Counted from the first letter of the stretch, positions 13,814 through 28,498 are shown. The stretch: DNA of 64,000 bases from Eledone cirrhosa (GCA_964016885.1 OZ024740.1:368900001-368964000), one strand, 5' to 3'. Made by a program: numbers and translations. The notes: generated by a model from the letters alone, not told the origin.

Positions 13814-13952
13814 ATTATTTCTGAAGACAGCATATATATGTGTAGGTATGAATATTCCCTCTGATAGTTTGTATAAATATTGTACATAGATCTATAGAAT
13901 ATGCATACCAACTCTAACACATATATATCCTAGAAACGATCGTAAAATGCTG
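13814..13952 (+). ncRNA. Hammerhead ribozyme, family A
   Basis: attattt-CTGAAGA-cagcatatatatgtgt...acacatatatatccta-GAAAcgatcGTA-aaatg. Confidence 0.7.
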
Positions 13953-14102
13953 AATTCTTTTTTATATAAGGAACTGTTTCTTTGTTTATTCATTATTTTA
14001 TTAATTTATATATATATATATATATATATATATGCATATTTATGTATATATACATATATATATATAATATATAATATATATGTATGAATACGCGTAATAT
14101 TT

Positions 14103-14180
14103 GGAGGCGCATGGATTGGTGGTATGTGTGTTGGAGTTACGACTATAATGTAGTAGGTTCGATTCCTGGAATGGGGTACA
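14103..14180 (+). mobile_element. Degenerate tRNA-derived SINE head (second family)
   Basis: ggaggcgcatggattggtggt...ggttcgattcctgg, with A/B-box spacing. Confidence 0.6.
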
Positions 14181-14555
14181 TGTTTTATTTCACGTTCTTC
14201 CAGTATATTCAAGTAAAGATCTGTACGATGAACAGCTGGGTGTTTAACCGTGCGATTTATATGTGTTTGTGTGTATCTATGAAAGTGTATATATAATCTA
14301 AATACTGGCTGATTGAATACGCACGAGTGTTATTCCCTTTTTTTTTCTTTTTGCTTGGTTTTCTTTTCCCCCTCTTCCATCCTGTTCTCACTGTTAATCC
14401 GTGTTTCACCTCTTCTATTCCTAAATCTATCTTCTGTTTAATCACTAATGACCGAAACGTTACGATTCTTTTATAATATTTTGAACCATTAAACTAATAT
14501 ATTTCGTGAATGTACTGTGTCGTTTGCTTTGTTATTTCTGTTTACTTTTACATAC

Positions 14556-14600
<45 letters not shown>

Positions 14601-14762
14601 TAAAGTATGTCCATAGAATCATTTGGTAAAATATAGACACTATTTCCTCTCCCAATCAGCATAATCAACCACACAAACAAAAACAATTAAACAAGGCTAT
14701 ACGATTAAAAGGCACCTATGAAGAAATTATAGAAAAATAAACGACAGCTATCTATCCGCGAT

Positions 14763-14830
<68 letters not shown>

Positions 14831-15498
14831 CTGTGATTTGTGCATGTATACATATATAATGGGATATAAAAAATAATCCGGTCATGTGTGGAGATGCTAA
14901 GAAATACCTCATAAAATTGGGTTAAGCCCAAAAGAATGGAACAGAACTTGCCATCGATCTCTAAGTGGAATCGGTCCTGATGTCCCCGATCCCCGCTAGG
15001 GCATTTTATCCATTAAGCCAAGGACGGTGACACATTTTACCATATTTAATGAGACAGTTAGCCGAATCATAGATTTCAGATGTCAGGCGACATCGATATG
15101 AAAACGAATAAACGTCATGTATACGTAGACAATCTCTCCAAAGCTTACAAAACACCGAGAAGGCAAATAATGTTCTGCTTATGCACGGAGATGCTATAAA
15201 ATAACACATTAATACAAAATGTTTATTTTTTAAAACTAAACCAGAATATATAAAATGTAAAGATAACACTTTTAAAACGCTAGCGTGCATTTCCCCTCAA
15301 ATTAACATAGGCTGATATTTTTGTTATATATTGCTACATTCAGCATTTGTACCTGAATAATGATGAAATGAAAATGAAAATTGACATTTAGCTCTGTATT
15401 TAGTGTCTTTATTCCACCCACTTCCAACTCCGTATCTATAACATTTGTTGCAGTAAATACTTTATACAGAGGCGTCTAACACACAGACACACACATAG

Positions 15499-15571
<73 letters not shown>

Positions 15572-16018
15572 GAGAGAGAGAGATGGGAGGGGGATTAGAT
15601 AGATAAACAGACAGATAGATAGTTATATTTATACACCCATACATATATATTCATATATATATGTATGATAAATGTGTGTCCATTTGTATAAGACAATACA
15701 TCTTCCTGAAAAATATTTGCCCACATCTCATGCATTAATAAATCAAATCAGTAAGCTTATACAAGTATTATTACATGCAGAATTGTCAGTAAAGCTAATG
15801 AAAAGATTTTATGAGAATACGAATGAACATTACATCGGTGTATTAAATATTGATGTATAAAATTCTTTTAAAGAAGACTTACATATCTCTGCATTTATAT
15901 ATATTTATATATATCTTGAATATATTCTTACCTAAAAAAAAGAGAACAGAAACACTGCTATGAATCATGTTGACAGAATAAAACAAGTGAAGGGTATTAA
16001 ACATGTGATAATCACGCA

Positions 16019-16089
<71 letters not shown>

Positions 16090-17879
16090 ACATATATAAA
16101 TATATGGATTCATGGATGTATGTGGGTGTCTAAATATGAGAGTGGTAAACGTGTAAACTTATATGCAGTGAATATGTATTTAAAGGAAGATCACTGCTGC
16201 AAATCTCAAATACTTGGAGGAAATTAATCTATGTTGGGAGGTAATACATTTTAAAGGGATTTGTTCCTTTATTAATGTGACCGATACTTAACCGAAATAC
16301 GAAATGAAGTTAGTGACTCTTTCCGTTTGTGTTGTGTTGATGGGAATAAATGATTTATTTTTTTATCGGTTATCTATACATATATATAAAACTGTAGTTG
16401 TCTGTGTGTGTGTCCTCATTTTTACAAAGTCTATACAGATCCACATTTCTACTCCGATTGACTTCAAACATAATTTATACATTCCTTGCGGTCTAAAGAT
16501 ATTAACAGCAGCTTTTATTTTTCAATGTTCTGGTGTTAAAGGGTGTTAGGCAGCGGTTATCGATCTCCTTCGCACCCTTATAATAACAGTCTGTATGTCT
16601 GGCTCTCTGCATTACGACATTTTGACAAAAATTGATGATGTATTATGTTCGCTATTTTCCGTTCTTTGCCAGGGAATGTCTTCATGAACCAAAGTATCGT
16701 CTTCCTGTTTTTATTCGGTTGGAACGTTTTTCGAAATATTTACTTCTGCGCTCACAGATTGATTTTTTTAGTTTCAGAAGATCCCGCTAAGGGTGAAAGC
16801 AGCGATTCTTTGCTTAAACTTTAATCTGTTATTTTAATATATAATATAAGCGAGGCAAGCCAGCCTAGTTGCCACTTCTTGCCAATAAACATTAACCCTT
16901 TGTGCACTATTCATCTAAATGTAGACCAACACATACCAACTAAACACAGCGTTCACAAGAACGATGGCGAATGAATCTTTGAGGTAAGCAGTTTCCTCCC
17001 GAGCTGTTAATTCACGCGGGATTTTCTGCTACACCCTTTCGTAATAATACCGAACAACGTACTGCTGGTCACTCCTTCCTCCAAAAGCCGTACAAAGTGG
17101 ACATGTGCATCGGGCAGATGGATCCGTTGCAAATCGACACCAGTGATACGCGAGAAATCTGCAAAGGACTGCACCGAGAGGGATAGAGAGAAAGAGTAAC
17201 CTAGTGGAAAGAGTGCAAATGAACTTTTGAGGTAAGTAGCCTACGCCTTACTGCTATTGCACTGGAACCTTCTGCCAATTTAACCTGTGACTTTCTCTTT
17301 CACATTTACTCCAAAAGGCCAAAACAGAAGAGTATGAAAAGAAGGGGCTCATCAATATTTATATGAACAATGCACGTAGACAGCTAAACTGTACTTTCAA
17401 CTTCTTAATTTTCTCCAAATAAAACAAGTTTCCTGTCGGTATATTTTCGTGAGTTTTTAACAGGCACTCACAAATAAAGGGTTCTCATTGGAGGTGCTAA
17501 TACCAATGTTCTTACCTGTGCAACGCCGGGATACACAGACACTCATACATAAAATCTTCAGATAAGCTTATCCGAATCATATGCTTAGGAATAGAAACCG
17601 CAGTCCATGAGAAAAGGTAAAAGATAAAAACTTCATAAGAATCTTACAAAATCATAATAAATTAATAGTCGAAGAAAACATTATAGCCTTCGTTCTAAAG
17701 GGATATTTTAAGGTGTGTTTAATTAACCAAATTAATATCACGTAGGTATATATCGTTTCTATCCAAAAAATAGTATGTAGGTGTTCCTCCTTATCCATCT
17801 TTAAACGCTGAAACATTATATGTTATAAGAAACAAAATTTCATTTAATTGTGGCCGACTTCATAATAAGAAGCCCTCCT

Positions 17880-18592
17880 CCACACCTACTATCAGGAACG
17901 CGTTTGTGCTTCTACTCTCTTCAGTGAGGTGCATCATCGCGGTGGTGGAGATGATACTTTTCTGATCTCCCAAACTCGATCGCCACAGCATATTCTGATG
18001 TACACGAGGTGCATCTTCACGTGGTGGAGAGCATATTTGCTGATTACATCTTCAGATGAACACGTGGTGCATATGGGAGCGGTGACTAATCTCTCAGAGA
18101 CTGAAGTCATAAGAGAAGTTAAAGAGTTAATATGTGGCAATGCCACTGTGGAAGATGAAATCCGTCCCGAGATGTTAAAAGCCTAAAATTGAGGAGGCAT
18201 TTTGTGGCTAAATCGTGTGTGCCAAGAGACCTTCATATCTGGGAAGGCACCTAAACAATGGCAATAGGGAATGATAGTCCCAATTTTCCAAAAGGGAGAT
18301 TGTTCCAATTACAAATGGATCTTCTGGTTTGGCCTCCTCGGTAAAGTCTATGTTACGTGATTGCCAAAGAGATATAGGGAAATTTTCGAGTCCAAGCTAG
18401 CTGAAACAGTACAGTTGTCGAACCGGACATAGCACAGCGTTCCAAATACACACACTGCAACAGATCATCTAGAACACGTGGGAGTATTGCCAAATGTATA
18501 TATTTTTGTATTATAGGTCTCGTAAAGGCGCATAGTTGCGTTCCTTGGGAACTGCAGTGAAATATGCTGTATAACTATGGAATCGATGATCA
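17880..18592 (+). mobile_element. RTE-clade LINE reverse transcriptase remnant
   Basis: SETEVIREVKELICGNATVEDEIRPEMLKA*..GILWLNRVCQ..SGKAPKQWQ*GMIVPIFQKGDCSNY, the RT N-terminal region with stops. Confidence 0.8.
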
Positions 18593-18609
18593 GCTTTTCT
18601 TTTTGCTCT

Positions 18610-18678
<69 letters not shown>

Positions 18679-18948
18679 TGTATGTGTGTATGTGTGTGTG
18701 TATGTGTGTGTGTGTGTATGTGTCTATACATGCATGTATATTTATATATGCGTGGTTGTTACGTGTGTGAGTGATTTATTGTATGTAACCCTAAATTTGA
18801 CACGATGATTCTTTAGTTATAGCACAATCTAATGATATAATGATCGGTACATTTGTCTTCGACCTCCTTATGGGAGATGATTTGAATTTGATCCAACATA
18901 CACAACATTCTATGATTATATATATATATATATGAAAGTGTGTGTGTG

Positions 18949-19105
<157 letters not shown>

Positions 19106-19196
19106 GTATGTATATATATATATATATATATGTATAAATATATTTATATATGTACATATATATATATATATGCATATATATATATATAAATGTATG

Positions 19197-19229
<33 letters not shown>

Positions 19230-21211
19230 GTGTGTATATATATATATGTGTGTATATGTTAATGTATATATGTATATAGCATACGTTTTTTCAAATGTTT
19301 ATTATGTTATATGTCTAAAAGAGATAGTATCCATTCCACTCTCATGAGATTGTCTATATTTTGAAAGTAATGAATATTAAATCCTCCTATTGTTCGTCCT
19401 AAATCTCTGCTTGCGTAAACTAATTTATTGCTGAAACATCTCTTTGTAGATCATCTCATATTCTATATTAAGTTGAAGGGCATATAAAACAAAATGAAAT
19501 TGACTACCATTTAAGTAAATTTCCCAACCCCCAGCGAAACGCTATTTTAATTATAATAGATAATAAATAAATGAAAGCAATGTATTACCGGTTTCGTCTT
19601 GTTTGCTAGAGATTATATATATATATATATCTTTTTAGTCTATTATACATTCAACTAAATTGAATTACGAAATAATACATTAAAATGTTTGGGCTGAAGT
19701 GAACCTAAATGTTGAATAACATACAGCGCAATCTAGGAAGAGATTCTTAGTTATGTATATAACCAGACTGAAGTCGTGGCCACCTTCAATCAGGTCATAA
19801 ATTCATGTCATGTATTTAGCATCATAGCGCTCTGCGGCTTTAATGCTGCCACTATCTGCCTTAATGTCGATAATTCAATGCTCTCAGTGATTTACCCTAG
19901 TTGTGAAAGTAATATTTAACACTAATGTTAATGTATATAGGTGTATAGCTCTCTGCAGGTCAGCACCGTAAGCAGGCGGGGGTTCCGTGTAATTGATGTC
20001 GGCTCCCGTACATACTGAAGGAGTAGTCGAGGCACAGTATTGACACAATGCGTTTCTTGGGCGTATTTAAACCTGGCAGCACCCAAACGTCTCCAGATCT
20101 ACCGTATAATTAGCGAATGTTAATTAGCGCTCGAGAATGCCCATGCAGATATACTTACGTGTATGGAGCTAGGATAGGATTATTCATACAAGATCGATAC
20201 TGACTAACTAATATAATGCCTCTAATACGGAATAGAAACTGCGACACATATATTATGCAAAGACATATTTTATTTTACCAGACTTATTATTACAAAACTT
20301 TCTAAACTGAAAATAAAATGGGGAAAAATGTAACAAGTATCTTATATTTCTATACTAAGCTATATAAAATAACTTTTGAACTTGATCATATATGCATTAT
20401 ATAACATTTTTATTTCTTGGGGCGTGTTTACGTTAAAGCTTTAGAGAAATAAAATATTTATTTCTAACCTGCATTGAAATGTTATAGTGCATATGTTTCT
20501 CTTTTCAAACAATTTGTGTGGTTTTAGTTGGCCAGCGGAAACACTATCGAACTCATGTAAATAATTCGTAGTAATTGTTGTCTCCAAAACTGACCATCAC
20601 ATTGATTTCTGTAGTGACTATGTATTCAATGTGCCCTCCAATTTAAGTGTAGGAATTGAGCCATCGCAATGCTAGTAACTGTGTGAGTGAACCAGCATTT
20701 ACTCATGCATTTGTAAGTACATCCATTCCCGAAACTGTTTAACAAATACCACCTGCCCATTAGGTGACTTAAATGTGTTCATAGTGATGTTAACGCGATA
20801 TCTTGTAGGATTTCGTACTACTTATGTGGAATATGATTAAGGTAAACTACATCCCATTTTAATGTAAAGAAAATGGTCGCAGCAGGTAATCGCCTAAGGG
20901 CCAACAAAATATCAAAATTATGATCGACAGATGTCGTTGTTGTCTTGTAACACAATGAAACTTATTTGAAACATATAAGTAGCACGCCAGTCGGCTAACT
21001 GTAAAGACAAAAGACATGAATGTCAAAGTTTTTTGAGTGCAGTGCCATTGTTCAGTAGCTGATCATCTAGGCATATTTGAAAATTTAATAATTTCATATC
21101 TAGAGGATTTCAACATCAATCGTCAAACAATATTAGTTAACCGATGCTGAGGATGTAGCAGAGTTTCTACACCCCCCTAGCACACACGCACATGCACACA
21201 CACACACCGAC

Positions 21212-21323
<112 letters not shown>

Positions 21324-21526
21324 TTAAGGATACTATTTATGGTTATGTATATAATAAAACCTTTTATGGTTATATATTTTTTATACAAACCCCTAATAGT
21401 GAAAGATAGTCATTTATTACTATCTTATTACCAGTAAGATAAATAGCTCAATGTAATAACATCAGTTGTTTTACAGAGCAGTTATATAGAGATTACAATA
21501 ATCAAAGTTCAGTTTAAATCATTTAT

Positions 21527-21575
21527 TTGCTTACAATTGTTTCCTCCAAACCGAGGTTTGGTTTCTTCGGAGCAA
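21527..21575 (-). ncRNA. Type I hammerhead ribozyme (family D, CCGAAGA core)
   Basis: ttgct-CCGAAGA-aaccaaacctcggtttggag-GAAAcaattGTA-agcaa. Confidence 0.75.
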
Positions 21576-22509
21576 CTATTAAGTGATCTATAACATACTT
21601 GACCTCCTTTTCAACACAAGAGACATATAAAAACATATGCATATATTGACCCACAGTGTGATGACATCCATCAAAATGATATAGCATGGCAATTTACATA
21701 TAAAGGTTAAAGGATGAAAATAAAAATTAAAAATAAAAATAAAAATAAAAATGAAACATTGGCAGTTTATGAAGATAAAGCGAGAGGAAAGTTTAGAGTA
21801 GTCAGTGTATGAAACAATCTCACGTGTAGCATGCACGCGTGTCTTATTTATACAGGATTAGAGTGCGGCAGATTGTTAGTTGCAGGATCAGGCAGTTGAA
21901 GCAGGCAATCGATAGTATTATGTGGGCTGAATTGTTAAATCATTTTTTCTCATACACCTGTATGGTATACAATCCCGAATGTCAAAAATATCAAAGATAT
22001 TATAACGTAGGCAAAACAGTATCACTGTCTTCGCGCACACCACCACTCACATAATCCATGAGATGCAATATATAGATCTATATATAGATCTATTGATTAA
22101 GAATCGACTAGATATGGTTTATAACTTGGTTATATGCTAAACCATCGTAGATTATATGTTAGACCCGTGGTCTATATATTGCATCTCATGGATTATGTGA
22201 TGGTGGTGTGCGAGAAGACAGTGATACTGTTTTGCCTACGCTATACTATCTTTGATATTTTTGATATTGTGGTGTTTCTCCACATTCGGGATTGTATACC
22301 ATACAAGTGTATGCGAAAAAATTATTTAACAATTCAGCCCACATAATACTATCGATTGCCTGCTTCAACTGCCTGATCCTGCAACTAACAATCTGCAGCA
22401 CTCTAATCCTGTATAAATAAGACACGCGTGCATGCTACACGTGAGATTATTTCATACACTGACTACTCTAAACTTTCCTCTCGCTTTATCTTCATAAACT
22501 GCCAATGTT

Positions 22510-22812
22510 TCATTTTTATTTTTATTTTTATTTTTATTTTTATTTTTATTTTTATTTTTATTTTTATTTTTATTTTTATTTTTATTTTTATTTTTATTTT
22601 TATTTTTTTTTATTTTTATTTTTTTTTTTATTTTTATTTTTTATTTTATTTTTATTTTTAATTTTATTTTTATTTTTATTTTTATTTTTATTTTTATTTT
22701 TATTTTTATTTTTATTTTTATTTTTTTTTTTTATTTTTATTTTTATTTTTATTTTTATTTTTATTTTTATTTTTATTTTTATTTTTATTTTTATTTTTAT
22801 TTTTATTTTTAT
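22510..22812. repeat. (TTTTTA)n hexamer expansion
   Basis: About 300 bp of TTTTTA units, versus only a few units in the mirror arm at ~21716-21752. Confidence 0.95.
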
Positions 22813-22936
22813 ATGTAAATTGCCATGCCATATCATTTTGATGGATGTCATCACACTGTGGGTCAATATATGCATATGTTTTTATATGTCTCTTGTGTTG
22901 AAAAGGAGGTCAAGTATGTTATAGATCACTTAATAG

Positions 22937-22985
22937 TTGCTCCGAAGAAACCAAACCTCGGTTTGGAGGAAGCAATTGTAAGCAA
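22937..22985 (+). ncRNA. Hammerhead ribozyme family D, GAAA mutated to GAAG
   Basis: Mirror of 21527-21575. Confidence 0.6.
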
Positions 22986-23019
22986 ATAAATGATTTAAAC
23001 TGAACTTTGATTATTGTAA

Positions 23020-23051
<32 letters not shown>

Positions 23052-23134
23052 TATATAATATAAATATAAGTATGTATACGTACATACATATATGTATACA
23101 GACGTACAGTAGTATGTATATACATACATACATG

Positions 23135-23207
<73 letters not shown>

Positions 23208-23327
23208 GTATGGGTTAACCGAATATTTATTATAATGCCCGGTTTGTTTGTAAACAAATAGCGCGAATTATTAGTCGTACAATGTTCGGCACCCATCGTT
23301 GCCCTTTTGTTCAACACTGACAAAGGA

Positions 23328-23370
23328 ACGATGAACTAGTTTCTCGCTTATTAGCTGTCATCAGCACCGT
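23328..23370 (-). ncRNA. Minimal hammerhead ribozyme (family B)
   Basis: acggtg-CTGATGA-cagctaataagcga-GAAActaGTT-catcgt. Confidence 0.72.
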
Positions 23371-23625
23371 ATACATTCCTGTCAGTTGATTGAACGTTTG
23401 AAAGTATATAATTTCCTTATGCATATTAACGGCTGGGCTGCCTAATTTGCATATCGAGTGAGTTAGTGGGCCGGGCGTACCGGAAAGATAATGGAAAAAA
23501 TGAAATTTCATTTCTCACTCTTAGTACGACTGATACTTAAATATAAGTATGTATACGTACATACATATATGAATACAGACGTACAGTAGTATGTATATAC
23601 GTACATACATGCACACACACACACA

Positions 23626-23692
<67 letters not shown>

Positions 23693-23901
23693 GTATTGTT
23701 TTTACCGAACATTTATTATAATGCTCGTTTTGTTTATATATGTGTGCATGTATGTATGTATATACATGCTACTGTACATCTGTATATGTATGTACGTATA
23801 CATACTTATATTTAGGTATCAGCCGTACTAAGAGTGAGAAATGAAATTTCATATTTTCCATTTATCGTTTTCGGTGTGCCCGGGCGACTAACTCACTCGG
23901 T

Positions 23902-23976
<75 letters not shown>

Positions 23977-24229
23977 TGTGTGTGTGTGCATGTATGTACG
24001 TATATACATACTACTGTACGTCTGTATTCATATATGTATGTACGTATACATACTTATATTTAAGTATCAGTCGTACTAAGAGTGAGAAATGAAATTTCAT
24101 TTTTTCCATTATCTTTCCGGTACGCCCGGCCCACTAACTCACTCGATATGCAAATTAGGCAGCCCAGCCGTTAATATGCATAAGGAAATTATATACTTTC
24201 AAACGTTCAATCAACTGACAGGAATGTAT

Positions 24230-24272
24230 ACGGTGCTGATGACAGCTAATAAGCTAGAAACTAGTTCATCGT
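24230..24272 (+). ncRNA. Minimal hammerhead ribozyme (family B)
   Basis: acggtg-CTGATGA-cagctaataagcta-GAAActaGTT-catcgt. Confidence 0.75.
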
Positions 24273-24536
24273 TCCTTTGTCAGTGTTGAACAAAATGGCA
24301 ACGATGGTTGCCGAACACTGTACGGCTAATAATTCGGGCTGTTTGTTTACAAACAAATCGAGCATTATTTTAAATGTTCGGTAAACCCATATGTACATAT
24401 ATATATATATATATGTGTGTGTATGTATGTATGTATATACATACTACTGTACGTCTGTATACATATATGTATGTACGTATACATACTTTTATTTAAATAT
24501 CAGCCGTACTAAGAGTGAGAAATACAATTTCATTTT

Positions 24537-24662
<126 letters not shown>

Positions 24663-25859
24663 TGTATAGATATATAGATAGATTTGTATGTTCGTATGTA
24701 AACGCCTTTTCGTGTAAGCATGTATATATGTTTAGGACTATTCAGGTGATATCGGATAATCTGACACATTAGGGTATGTATCTAAGTATGAAAATCAACA
24801 AGGAGAGAAAAATACAGACGGTTTATGATATATATTAATTTAAAGATTCATATAGTAGTCATAGGAACCGTTCGGATATTAATCCTCCATTTGAAAAAAG
24901 AATGATAGAAGGAATAATAAATGTTTAGACAACATGATGGAAATGAAGAACAAAAGAAATATTTCTCACCGGGGGAAAGCATTTGTGAGCTTCGTCTGTT
25001 GCACACACAAACACACCCACCTACACACACATACACAGACACAGACACATGCACACACGCACTCACGCACACGCACACCTACACAAACACACACGCACAC
25101 ACGGACAGACAGACAGACACACACACATACACACATATATATAGAAGGTCTAGATAATATACAGACACATATTCAAAGAAAGGTATATACTATTCATATC
25201 TTAGATTCTTTAGTAGAAACCATAGGCAGGTCTGGCGTTCGGTATAAGGGTGTGCTGAACGTTTGTAGAATGATAGGAACAATAAAGCTATTATCTACGC
25301 GTGTTTATACAAACACAAATACATGAGTATTTACGGTACATTGAAAATAGTGTAGGAGAGTTAAAGAGAATGCTTAAAAACATAGGGATACGCAACATTT
25401 CTATTTTACTGCATTGAAATATAAATGTGCCACACTGAATCCTATAGATACTTCAGTAATTGTTATCATCTTCCATTTATTATCCCTTCTTAACCATTTA
25501 TTATCCCTCCTTAATGTGAATCTAGAGGCTTTAGTCGTTGGTTATTATATAATTAATCTGAAAATTTGTGCAAACGTTTCTGACGATTCGTTAAGATATG
25601 TTGACGTTGTTTCAAACTAAAGAGACATAATTTAAGGGCTTCTGTTATATAAACACAAATCCCAAAATAAATCTTCAAGTACAGAAAATAATTTACATTT
25701 TATGGATTTATACAACTTCAACAACTCATCTAAAATATATCGATCTCAATTTAGTAAAAACATCCGTAACTATATTATGACAAAGATAATATTTTGTATC
25801 TATTAGAAAATTGATTAGAAAAAGGATAATGCATTAAAAATAATAATAAATTCATCTTA

Positions 25860-27510
25860 ATCACAAGAGCCAGCGCGTAGGGGACAATACAAAGGTCAGG
25901 GACAGTGGGTGTCTGACATAAAAATCGAGTAAACAATATAAACAAATAATAACAGTAAACAGAATGTTTATAACATTACAAATTCCCCAGTAGGGAGGAG
26001 GAACACCCTCAGGGACATCAAGACCCTCATCAATCATGAACCACCCGAATCTTCGGGAGCACCTATAAAGAGTAGCACTCACCGCCTCAAATCAAACAGC
26101 CAGCAGACGCATGCTCACAGTAGGCCTATTTAAGCGCGTCATTCTTGCAACATACACCCACCTTTTAGGAAATATATTGGGAGGTAGCATTTCTCTCTCC
26201 ACCTCCACATGTGAAACCTGAAAAAGTCGATGAGCAATAGGCCGAAGAGAAAATAGTCTGTCTTCACTCCCTTCAACCTGGTCAACCAAAGAACATATTT
26301 CGCTACCGCCACCAGGCAGTAGAAAGCTGCCTGACCTTCCCGGCCACAAATAGGCGGAGGGGCGATCTTCTCTATAGATTCGGGCGATAACCGGATTAGT
26401 GCTGAACGCGATATCAGCCGTGCGACACAACTGCACAAGTCAGTAATGGACACAGCACGAGTGCTTGCAGAACAGTTTAGTCCTTCTTCGCGCACCTTGG
26501 GCAATCCCGTCTGACTACAATTCCGTGACTGTAGTGTTTATATAGAAAAGGTGAGTCCCAACATCACTATCAGGCGAGGGATTTCTGGAAATTATCCATA
26601 GTCTCCGGTACGAAAGTCCTCGGAAACAGACTGGTTAGTTCAATTTCGTCGAGCTCTAGAGACTCTCAAAGAGCACGTTGGATTTTCCAATGACTAATCC
26701 TCTCTACTACTGGAACTGGAAGTTCCATTAACAACATTGCTCGCATGCTGGAGGGCAGTGAGCGTCTGGAAACATTCTAGATGTCGCGATCCCTGTCTCG
26801 GTCTCTTCTTAATCCAGGACCACAGCACAGTCAAAGATATGAGGTGCGGAAAGGTCTGACTCAGAAATTGTGACAACAGATGCTCACTGTTTAGGCAGAA
26901 TATCTAAAAATGTCATAGCCCTAGTGCGTGTTTGCGCATCATTAGCCACAGCAAATCCAGCCCTCCACGTACAGGGTGTTGGCAGCAGATGGACAGCCTC
27001 AGCAAATGAACTTGTCCCTTCCGCAATAAGTGGAGAAGCAGACGTTCTAATTCTGTGAGGTACGAACGGTGCTAAGGCACGATGGTCAGGCGGTAGTAAA
27101 TGACTGACGTGATGTATGCGTTCGCTAACTCTTTTTGTTTCTCTCAGCCCATTCCTTGCTGAGAGTGGTCAAACTGCTCATCACTTCGTCCCAGTTCTAT
27201 CCACATAGAGGTCCGGTCCGAACTAGACCCTGAGGAACTTTCCATGGGACTCCGTCTAGTGTCCTACGGCTCTGTTAAAAGGCATGAATTTGCCTCTCTA
27301 GGTGCCGAGCAGCAAACCGACCGAATTTTCCGGCTTCAATTTTCCTCCTGTCAAACTTTCAGATTATTCTCAGAAAGTGCCAACTATCGCAGTTCTGCTG
27401 CCAGTTACAGTAGACGGCGTCAAGGGGATTGAAAAGCAAGTCTGGCATTTAATCGAAACTTGTAGGGCTAACCATTCAAAAGGGGTGACTTGCACCTCGC
27501 GCAACTGACC
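25860..27510 (-). mobile_element. Degenerate L1/Tx1-like LINE remnant (ORF2 C-terminus plus upstream fragments)
   Basis: GC-rich block. The minus strand encodes DCPRCAKKD*TVLQALVLCP (decayed CCHC knuckle) followed by VAVAKYVLWLTRLK, typical of L1/Tx1 ORF2 ends. Confidence 0.65.
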
Positions 27511-28313
27511 AGGGCATCTCAAATCTCGACAATTTGGGTGTTTCTATTGTTGTTAGAGCCTGGATGTGTTTCCTTTTGTGAGGCATGATTTACAGTTGTG
27601 TCTGAGTTGTTCTTGGTGGTTGGGTTTTTGCTGACTGGTGTGGTGTTGCTTTTGTTGTAGATGTGTCTATATTTGTCGAATATATATAATAATAATACCA
27701 AAAAGTATCCTTTGTATTTATACCGAGTCTTACTTTATTTATAGACACAATATTTATTGCCTAGCTTCCATAGAAGTGCATAAATTGAACTAAATACAAT
27801 ACTGCAAGTCTTATTGTAAATGAAATGATTCAGGTTAAACATGTGCAGCTGTTTTGAATCGTTGAATACAGATATTTCGTAAATTGATCTCGATTTGGAA
27901 TTGAAAATTTGTTCAATAATCGACATCCCTATTTGACTACATATTCTAGTAAATATCTAATGATTCATCTGCTATATTTGCACTACAAATGTATATAATT
28001 TAAAGTAACACATATAATGTAATATTTTATTTCCCTGTACAAATGTGTATCATGTACGCAAAGTCGTATACTTCGCATAAACTCTCTATACAAATACACA
28101 CGACATGAAATACAATCAACTCATAATCATTCATTCTTTATATATTGTTATATTCTACTTATGGTCGCTGTGTGTCATTTTCATCTTTAGTATTCATCCG
28201 TAAGTATTATACTGCCTGCAGTACACCTTTCTATGGGAAATATTTTGAGGTGACATATTTTGAGAAAGTGATTTAGATTTCAGGCATGTCTGCTGTGACG
28301 GGATTATATTACA

Positions 28314-28418
<105 letters not shown>

Positions 28419-28459
28419 ACTCTCTCTCCCTCTCTCTCTCTCTCTATCTCACTATATCA

Positions 28460-28498
<39 letters not shown>

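Larger units (their letters stand above)
1934..14005 (-). mobile_element. Penelope-like element copy 2 (5'-truncated, with inverted 5' arm 12133-14005), interrupted by copy 1
   Basis: RT-EN coding region at 10609-12130 (-). The 3' UTR runs 10609->10005 and resumes at ~3010->1934. The + strand arm 12133-14005 is the uninterrupted inverted copy of that 3' region. Confidence 0.8.
21488..23024. mobile_element. 1.5-kb non-coding fold-back element with terminal outward-facing HHRs (family D)
   Basis: 21488-22078 is the reverse complement of ~22170-23024. ORF-track peptides MHATREI..KRRSSML appear on both strands. Confidence 0.85.

Noticed and set aside
14438-14468. Minimal HHR-like ctaatga-cc-gaaacgtta, and similar motifs at ~16775 and ~40215
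   Set aside because: Core and stems are too decayed to call; possibly old PLE ends.
16892-16910. piggyBac terminal TTAA-CCCT
   Set aside because: No matching opposite end or transposase found.
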